64,000 nucleotides of DNA from Octopus vulgaris. Lineage: Eukaryota. Where the stretch lies: NCBI GenBank assembly GCA_951406725.2, contig OX597818.1:138322001-138386000 (forward strand), in the 5' to 3' direction. A program made the translations under genes and the position numbers. Under the pieces are notes generated by a model. The model was not told the origin of the DNA. It searched no databases and worked only from the letters and a program-made list of their open reading frames with translations. Below are positions 55,060-64,000 of the stretch, piece after piece. Numbering within the stretch: position 1 is the first letter of the stretch; each line of letters starts with the position of its first letter.

Positions 55060-55193
55060 GTCCAGTGATTTCATCTGGAATCATGTGTTGAATATAAAAC
55101 AAATTAGATTGTGGTGAAAGTTGTATAAACCCTTTGAAATACACACACAAGTGCACATACTCAAGTACACACACACATATATATATATATATA

Positions 55194-55403
55194 ACGGGAA
55201 GGTTTACGAAAATAAACAAAAGACGAAGGCAGGTGGAGTACAAACAAACAATTGTATTAGTATGGCGCTCAGGAATAGAAATAAAACAAGTCTTTTACGT
55301 TTCGGGCCTACGCTCTTCAACAGAAAGATACACAGAAAAGAAACAAGGAGAGAAACAAGGAGAGAAAAAAATGCATGCTGGAGCTAACGATTCAACATGG
55401 CAT

Positions 55404-55408
<5 letters not shown>
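55194..55408 (-). mobile_element. Penelope-like non-coding fragment in (TA)n with a variant minimal hammerhead (55291-55328)
   Basis: Reverse complement of 63170-63386; minus strand reads tcttt-CTGTTGA-a gagc gtag gccc-GAAA-CG-TA-aaaga. Confidence 0.6.
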
Positions 55409-55489
<81 letters not shown>

Positions 55490-55492
<3 letters not shown>

Positions 55493-55969
55493 CCTTCCCC
55501 GTGACCGGTGTTCGGCTAAGTTTGATCTTTCTTTCTCGGCCTGGCCGCCGCCTGTACAACACCTTACTTCCTGTTTCCAGAATTTTATCTATGTTTTTGC
55601 TTCAAGGCGTTCACTCCACACACCAGCTTAACTTAACTTGTCCTTATTAGTCGAAAGACACCTGTTGTTATTCTCTCGTTGTTTGTATTTGTAATCGTGT
55701 AACATTTTCTCCATTTTCTCGTTTATTTTGTCTGTGTTGTCGTACACATTCACTTGCTCTCTTCCACAAATCTAATGCTCTTAGCTTAGATTTTTGGGGC
55801 CGACCAATTTTGAACAGGCTCAAGTGTAACAGGCCGAGACTGTAATGATAATCGGAAGCTTGACTGATGAATAGAGGGCCACGAATGATCCGTCTTGGTT
55901 TTTCCTGTCCGTTTTTATATCTTTTATCTGTCCGTATGTCGTCCGTTATACTCTTATTCCGTTTTTTGG

Positions 55970-55970
<1 letters not shown>
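55490..55970. mobile_element. Unclassified interspersed repeat in (TA)n (second diverged copy at about 60187-60540)
   Basis: Blocks shared by the two copies: ccagcttaa, tagtcgaaagacac.tgttgtta, cttagcttag, gccga.a.tg.aa.gataatc. Confidence 0.65.
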
Positions 55971-56016
<46 letters not shown>

Positions 56017-56076
56017 AATACATATACATATACATATATGTTTATATATATATATATGTGTGTGTATGTGTGTGTA

Positions 56077-56113
<37 letters not shown>

Positions 56114-56444
56114 GCATATATGTATATATATGTAGCAAATAAGTAACAAGGATGCCAGTCTGTATATGTATATATGTGTGTGTGTTTATATATATACATA
56201 TATGCGTGTATGTATGTGTGTGTATGTGTATACTAACTGGTGTGTGCATGTGCGTATGTGTATGCATATACGGGTGTATGTGAGCATTTATGTGCGTGTG
56301 TGAGTGTGGTGTGAGTGTGCCTTTATTTGGTTTGTCCAGTGATTTCAGCTGGAATCATGTGTTGAATATAAAACAAATTAGATTGTGGTGAAAGTTGTAT
56401 AAACCCTTTGAAATACACACACACGTGCACATACTCAAGCACAC

Positions 56445-56490
<46 letters not shown>

Positions 56491-56867
56491 ACAAACATTC
56501 CCGGTAGGAAAGAATCCGCCAAACATATGTATGCATCCTGTGGCTGTATATGCGTGTGTTTATAAGTGTGTGTATATGTATGTGTGTATTAGTGTGTGTG
56601 TGTGTGTGTTTCGGAGTGTGTGTGTGTGTGTGTGTGTGTGTGTTTCGGAGTGTGTGTGCGTGTGTGTGTTTCGGAGTGTGTGTGTGTGTGTGTGCATATG
56701 CTGTCTTTATCATCAGATTAAGAAATTAAGAAGAGTGGTCATTCAAAAAAAGATATGACTCAATACATTTTAATGTTGAATGATATATAAATGTGTTTGT
56801 ACGTGCGCCCGTGTGTAAGTGTATGTGTGTAAGTGTTTGTGTGTGAGTGTATGTGTGTGAGTGTGTT

Positions 56868-57011
56868 TTATTTATACAAATAGTGTCTGGTCTATGTACA
56901 AAAGGTTTCAAACACATTAGATTCTCATCAATGACTCTACAGAAGTCCCTGATGAGAATGTAATAGATTTGATCCTTTCATACAAATGTCGGGCGCTATT
57001 TCTATAAATAA
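56868..57011. repeat. Decayed palindrome with twin hammerhead cores
   Basis: Arms align as tgatgagaat.taat...tttga..cctttt..taca..ctattt.tataaataa. The + arm reads gtcc-CTGATGA(56949)..GTC-gggc; the - arm retains GAAA. Confidence 0.65.
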
Positions 57012-57064
57012 TACACATTCAAACACAGAGAGCATATACATATACATACACACACACACACACA

Positions 57065-57143
<79 letters not shown>

Positions 57144-57673
57144 TTACATATATATGTTTATACATATGCATATATGTTTCTATATATGTATTTACATATG
57201 TATATATATATGTATATATATATATATATGTATGTATATATATGTATATATATATGTATGTATATATATATGTGTGTGTGTGTATGTATATATATATAAA
57301 TACATATATATATATATATGTATATATATATATGTATGTATGTATATATATATATATATATAAACATATATATATACATATAAATGTATGTGTGTGTGTG
57401 TGTGTGTGTGTTATCACAGACAGTTTGAAAGACAGGTAAGGTGTAGAAAACAATTAACGAGACAGACGGACAGATTTGTGGAAGTTATTATATAGATTTT
57501 ATAAACAGACCAGTAACTAACTCTAACTTAACATTGACGCCATTCAAAGCAACATTTCGACATCAAATTGAGAAGTAAACGAATTACTGCGCGAAATACT
57601 TTGTGCATTAGCTTGCTTAACTCGGTACAGAGGTCGAGGTCTTTGATGTTCTCCTTAAGTCTGCTTCTGAATG

Positions 57674-57728
<55 letters not shown>

Positions 57729-57862
57729 TTTGTTTTGGCCGTCTTCGTCATCTGCAATCACAGACCAACAACAACAACATCAAGATCCTTTTGTTATTTT
57801 TATGATGATTGCTATTCAGAAAGTTGCATTAGGCGTGAAAATGTGGTTTAGATGAGAAGGGA

Positions 57863-57960
<98 letters not shown>

Positions 57961-58038
57961 TTCTTTCTTTCTCTCTCTCTCTCTCTCTCTTAACCAGCGA
58001 ACATGAAAGACTAAGGAACATATATATTTTCCTTAGTC

Positions 58039-58083
<45 letters not shown>

Positions 58084-58344
58084 CATATACACACATGGAC
58101 AGATGAAAAAAAAAAGACTGACAGACAGAAAGCCTGGGAGGAATATAAACGAAAGAAAACATCACTCAACACGTGTTATGGAGGTTAAAGATTTCTACAG
58201 AGAGATTTCTACAAATTTAAGCGTCAAGCAACTACTATATTTTCGTTGTAATACGTATCGATAATATTTTTGTTTTTCTACGTACCTGTTGTGTGCGTCA
58301 CACTTCTTTGAAGTGGCAAAGCCAGAAGGGAGGAGGAGAAAGAG

Positions 58345-58950
58345 ACATTAACTCTCACTTTGATATTGTTCATAGCTCTTGCTTTTGAAAATGCGACATG
58401 AGAAAATACCGGTTGAGGCAAATGTATTCCAACCTTCTTAAATGTTTTCCCTTCAGCCTTATTAATTGTCATCTCTGTATATATAAAGCTGAAGTTGTCT
58501 GTGTGTGGTAGGTTTGGTAGCCTTCAACTAACACTATCTTCTCCGAGGCCCTGCGGCGCAAGTTGACCAAAATTGAGAGTATGATAGAAGAAGGCTTGCT
58601 CTTCATTCCGTAGAAGAAAAAATTCAAATCGGACCATGTTAACACCAAAAATTATTTATATCAAAAAGGTGCTTTTTTTTCAATGAAAATCCCTATTTTT
58701 TACGATATTTTGACTGCTGTGTCGCCATTTTTCGGAGTATTTCAACCAGAAAAATGTTCACTTAAAGAGAATAACAAGCTACATAATGCAAAATTTTTAC
58801 TTTTCAAAAATTCCAATTCTAAAGGGTTGAAACAAACCCGAGCAATGCCGGGCGATACTGCTAGTTGAATATGCAAGTCGAAGCGGGAACTGAATTCTCT
58901 TTAGTGCGAATGGAATATTTGCATCACTTGGGCTAAGTTTAATTCTGGGA
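58345..58950 (-). pseudogene. Helitron RepHel PIF1-type helicase C-terminal relic, split by an insertion
   Basis: PRIKLSPSDANIPFALKRIQFPLRLAYS joined to MTINKAEGKTFKKVGIHLPQPVFSH---VAFSKAR gives PIF1 motifs V/VI (GQLY deleted). Confidence 0.9.
58472..58864 (+). mobile_element. Non-autonomous Helitron
   Basis: A|TCTCTGTATATATAAAG ... cccgagcaatgccgggcgatactgCTAG|T; no TSD. Confidence 0.9.
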
Positions 58951-59145
58951 TTTTTTTTTCTATTTCTTCTGGCCTGCAGTTGTTGAAATTTTCTGGGTAC
59001 AAATGTAGAAATTGAAATGCAAAAGAACGAAATAATAAATGGATTTATGAATGAAATTTTGGTAATTGCGTTTATTTCTATCACGCGACACTTATTATTG
59101 CGAACATGTTTTAACTCACCTATGCTATATACACACGCAAAATCA

Positions 59146-59202
<57 letters not shown>

Positions 59203-59352
59203 GTGTGGAGTTGTAGCTGTGGAGTACTCAGCCATTTGTGAGTTAATGAAAAGTGAAACTGACAGCCAATATTTGCTGTGTCGATATATCTATGTACGAA
59301 TTGTCTCTCTTAATACACATATGAATATATGTGTATATATATGTATATATGC

Positions 59353-59388
<36 letters not shown>

Positions 59389-59392
<4 letters not shown>

Positions 59393-59760
59393 CATAAGGG
59401 ATTAAAGCCATCTGAATATGGCTAGGGACAGGCAGGGGTGGTGGGGGTGTTACTGTTGCATTTAGCCCCAGGCGAACATCGACGTCACCAGAAAGGCTCG
59501 ACACCGTCACGGTGTCCTTATCCTGCAAAGGGAGGTAATTCCCCGATGAAGCGGAAACCACACACGGACCATGGTTTCAAGGTGTATGTGGTTTCCGCTT
59601 CATCGGGGAATTACCTCCCTTTGCAGGATAAGGACACCGTGACGGTGTCGAGCCTTTCTGGTGACGTCGATGTTCGCCTGGGGCTAAATGCAACAGTAAC
59701 ACCCCCACCACCCTGCCCTGTCCCTAGCCATATTCAGATGGCTTTAGTCCCTTATGTTAT
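59389..59760. repeat. Near-perfect fold-back element (about 174-bp arms, 24-nt spacer) abutting (TA)n
   Basis: 59389-59562 is the reverse complement of 59587-59760 with only a few differences. Confidence 0.95.
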
Positions 59761-59854
59761 CGAGCAGTTACTGTCTATATCTCTTTTAGAGAATTATTAT
59801 TGCTATATATATATATATATCCATAAACCCATATATATATATATATCCATAAAC

Positions 59855-59902
<48 letters not shown>

Positions 59903-60053
59903 ATAAACCCATATATAAATATATATATATATAGACACACATACACCTATACACATGTATGTATGTATGTATGTATGTGTATATTAACGATTACATGATT
60001 TTTAACATCTAGATAGATAGATAAATAGATAGATACGTATATTATTATATATA

Positions 60054-60185
60054 CTAGCTGGACCCGTGAAAAATTCACGGAAAACATAAAAAATGTAAGC
60101 ATCTATAAACAGCGCACTGGTACCATCCGTGCAACATCTATATTCCTCCCTATGCCTGTCATCTCTAATGTTCCTGCCGTAAAGA
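60054..60185 (-). mobile_element. 3' end of a second Helitron family
   Basis: Minus-strand hairpin ccgtgaa-ttt-ttcacgg, 6 nt upstream of CTAG|T. Confidence 0.6.
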
Positions 60186-61376
60186 ACTTCCACACACGCC
60201 AGCTTAATTTTATTCGTCCTTAGTCGAAAGACACATGTTGTTAATGTCCTTATTTGCATTTGTATTTGTGTACCATTTCTCCGTTTTTTCCGTCCCTTGT
60301 TTTCGTATACATTCGCTGCTTTCTTCCAAGGAATCTTGTGTTCTTAGCTTAGTTTTTCCTTGGAGCTGGCCAGACTGGAGCAATCACGAGTATAACTAGC
60401 CGAAATTGCAAAGATAATCTGGAACTCAAATGACCCATCTTTGTTTTTTTTATATCGTCTGTCTGGATGTTTTGTTGTCCCTGTTTTGTACCCTCTGTCT
60501 GGATGTTTTGCGTTCTTGTCCCATTTTTGGTATTCCTTTATATATCTATATTTATATATTATATATATTAATATCGGTATATCAACATATGTTATACGAA
60601 TACATACGTACGTACATTCATGCATGAAGCATAAGGGGGAGATACAGACAGAGAGATGACAAATGGTAAGAAAAAGACGGGGTGGGGGAGAAAAGTGAGA
60701 GGTATGAGATCAATGGTAAAGAATTCAATAATTGTTGCCATAAAATCTGGGACTGTGTTAGCGATGAAACCACAAATGAATAAAAGAGTACCAATTATGT
60801 GAAGTACGTCTGTGGTTATGGTTTTTCTGTTTTATGTAAATGTGTTTTAGTGTTGTTGAGGAGTGAAGTGGAGTGGAGTGGAGGAATGAGCACATATAAT
60901 GACTATACAAATGCACTGCAGTGGATATATACATACATATGCATAGACACACACACACGCACATACACACACACATACACACACAAACAGAGGTTTTTCC
61001 TCTTCGATTACTATCGCAAACAGCAATAGGTTTCTTCAACCGAATACACGTCGTCGATTGTTTGAAATTACCCAAATACGACAGCTTTAACAAGAAATAA
61101 CTTCTAAAATACGAAATTTTGTCGAAAATGTTCAGAGTAAACCGTGTTCTACGTGAGAAATTCTACCAGTATTCAAAGTTTCAAACTGTTTAGCTAAAAA
61201 AAAAAATTAATTAAAAATAATCTGTGATTGAGATGGAATAGATCTCCGCTTTCTTTTCTTAGTCCACCTACACGTATATGTGCAGACAGACAAACAGACA
61301 GATAGATAGATAGATCGATAGATCGATAGATAGATACATACATACATACATACATACATACATGGATCGATCGATC

Positions 61377-61446
<70 letters not shown>

Positions 61447-61538
61447 CACGTGTGTATGCATGTTTATCAGTCGGTCTATTGTATTAGATATATATGCGTG
61501 CCTGTGTGTACATACATATATATATATATATATATGTA

Positions 61539-61730
61539 TGCTAGGAGCGTTCAAAAAGTCTCCGATCTTATTTTATCCCGCCAAAAGTTATTCTATGTGG
61601 GCAAAACCATTTGGGTTCGAGGTAACACCAACCTTCTTGCACATACTGGAAAATATTTGCGCCGGTAGGCCACGTCAATTCCCAGCTGTTAAGCCTAGAT
61701 TAAAGAAGGATACTTCTTGAACGCACCTCG
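61539..61730. mobile_element. Mariner-type MITE or internally deleted element
   Basis: aggagcgttcaaaaagt and acttcttgaacgcacctcg|TA form imperfect TIRs. Confidence 0.55.
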
Positions 61731-61956
61731 TATGTGTGTGTGTGTTTGTATGTCAATACAAATGTTTTGTCAATAGAGAAAGAACCGGTTTCTAACCTAA
61801 ATCCAAGGCTCCGTCATTCGAATTTCAACATCAACAGGGTATTTTTATGTATGTATGTCTGTATGTATGTATGTATGTATGTATGTATGTATGTATGTAT
61901 GTATTTATGTATGTATGTATGTATTTATTTACGTATGTATGTAGTATGTATGTATG

Positions 61957-62070
<114 letters not shown>

Positions 62071-62532
62071 TCTATATGTGCAGAATTGTACGTTTTATTT
62101 TACGTATGTATTCTCATACATATAGTTGCATGTGTTGTCATGTTCGTATATACTTAAATGAAAATTTCTGGAAATTTTTACAGTTCCAGTGATGGCTTGG
62201 ATCTGTAGTCTTCGAATCAGCATTTTCCTTTCAGGTTTTGAAAAGCCTGATTTCTCAAGATTATTATTTAAGCAGTGTGTTACTTATCTCATTGCCCCAA
62301 TAATTACAAGTATAACCTGAACATATAACCTGGATACAGTAACTGCAAATTCTTCAGTAGTTCAGCGTAGGGGTTCTCTTATGCATGCATGTATGTATGT
62401 ATGTATGTATGTATGTATGTATGTATGTATGTATGTATGTATGCATGCACGTATGTATGTGTGTGTGTGCATGTATGTATTTATGAATGTATGTATGTAT
62501 GTGTGTGCGTGTGTCTGTGTGTATGTGTACGT

Positions 62533-63095
62533 ACGTGGCCTGATCAATATGTATCCAGACTGTTGCCATAGTAACGAAGTTAAAGCACGCAGAGTGAGGC
62601 TGCTTGGCACAGATCGACCTTGATCTCTGCCGTGTATGCGCACTAAGTTTTCGCGTTCTAGCTAGCCGTGCTTGAAAGGAAGGTGTGTAGCGTGTGATTG
62701 TCGCATTGACCACGACAGAAAAAGTTGAACAGAGAATCTGCATCAAGTTTTACCAAAAGCTTGACGATATCTGCTCAGTGGCCTACGCAAAGTTTTTAAA
62801 AAGTTTTCATCGATCTCGACACAATTAAGGAGATCTTGTGCAACTGAAACCCGGGTTTCAAACTTGGCAGAAACTTGGCAAACACGTACCTCATACCCAA
62901 ATCTGCAGTGAAAATGAACTGAACCGTAATTCATCTGCACATCATCTGATAACTCACGGATGGTGTTTCGACGATCTCCCCTCACAACTACACACATCTA
63001 CAATGTTTTCCTTAGTTCTGCTGTTTGCGGGTCTCCCACAACGGTCGTCAATATCGGGCATCTGGAAATATCTGAGCCACACGTACATTATGTTG
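62533..63095. mobile_element. Rearranged mariner relic (5' end on +, following transposase segment inverted)
   Basis: The + strand gives TEKVEQRICIKFYQKL (62713-62790). The - strand gives YVWLRYFQ..DDRCGRP..DRRNTIREL..RVSVAQDLL..DENFLK (63095-62792). Confidence 0.75.
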
Positions 63096-63169
63096 GGGCG
63101 AAGTCATTTGACCCTGTTATCTCCCCTATTTTCGCTCTTGCGTCTCACGTTTGATCTCTGACTTCTGGC

Positions 63170-63383
63170 CAGAATCGCCATGTTGAATCGCTAGCTTCTG
63201 CACGCATTTTTTTTCTCTCCGTGTTTCTTTCCATGTTTCTTTTCTGTGTATCTTTCTGTTGAAGAGCGTAGGCTCGAAACGTAAAAGACTTGTTTTATTT
63301 ATATTCCTGAGTGCCATACTAATACAATTGTTTGTTTGTACTCCACCTGCCTTCGTCTTTTGTTTATTTTCATAAAGCTTCCC

Positions 63384-63425
<42 letters not shown>

Positions 63426-63481
63426 CGGGAAGCTTTATGAAAATAAACAAAAGACGAAGGCAGGTGGAGTACAAACAAACA
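63170..63481 (+). mobile_element. Penelope-like fragment with a variant minimal hammerhead (63251-63288) and a tail-to-tail inverted partial copy across (TA)n
   Basis: tcttt-CTGTTGA-a gagc gtag gctc-GAAA-CG-TA-aaaga. 63425-63481 is the reverse complement of 63330-63386. Confidence 0.65.
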
Positions 63482-63915
63482 GATGATAAATATTGTGGTC
63501 GATTCATTCGTCTAAAACTTTCTCCAAGGCAGTGCTCCAGCATGGCCACAGTCTAAAAACTGAAACAGATATAAGATAAAAGATATATATATACATACAT
63601 GTGTGTGTGTGTGAGTGTGCGCGCGCGCCAACACGCTGTCTCAAAGACACACACACACACACATACACACACGCGTGTATGTATGAATATATGGGATTGG
63701 ATGTTGCATGCGTGCGCACATGCATGAACACGTGGGGGTAGAGATAAATGTAATTTAGAATCCGAATGATTTATGCATCCCTCTCTCTCTCTTACTCCCT
63801 CCCCCTCTCTCTCTCTCCCTCTCTCCCCCTCTCTCTCTCTATCTCTATCTATCTATCTCTCCGTTCCACCCGCTTATTCTGTAGTTTTGTGCACATACAT
63901 ATATGTGTGTGTGAG

Positions 63916-63972
<57 letters not shown>

Positions 63973-64000
63973 CTATATTTGAGTGGACGCTCTTTTATTA

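Noticed and set aside
55860-55890. CTGATGA as another hammerhead
   Set aside because: No GAAA, stem III or stem I arrangement follows, and the related copy near 60430 lacks it.
59438-59998. ORFs with a mirrored peptide ([16 protein letters not shown]...) on both strands
   Set aside because: This follows from the palindrome; no recognisable protein.

Overview
This is repeat-dense eukaryotic DNA, almost certainly intronic. The tRNA-derived SINE families and extreme microsatellite load point to a cephalopod (Octopus-like); that assignment is my inference. Nearly all ORFs in the track are microsatellite or SINE artefacts. One host exon is well supported: 81 nt at 21451-21531 (+), encoding the start of a PDZ domain resembling PDZRN3/PDZRN4 PDZ1. 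A second, weaker candidate is a first coding exon on the minus strand at 51677-51714. The rest comprises SINEs (several with clear TSDs), non-autonomous Helitrons, three decayed mariners, MITEs, LINE relics (R4/Dong, Hero, Tx1, CR1-like) and a 60/68-bp higher-order minisatellite. The most interesting signal is a set of short, mutually unrelated fold-back elements sitting in dinucleotide tracts. Three carry a type-I hammerhead ribozyme motif on both strands (10262-10429, 13304-13450, decayed 56868-57011). A fourth, of about 370 bp (59389-59760), turns almost exactly at a hammerhead cleavage site. Single variant hammerheads occur at 55291-55328 and 63251-63288. Other observations are a Helitron inserted precisely into a Helitron helicase relic and two mosaic regions that look like merged haplotypes. 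Repeat boundaries were read by eye and are approximate.
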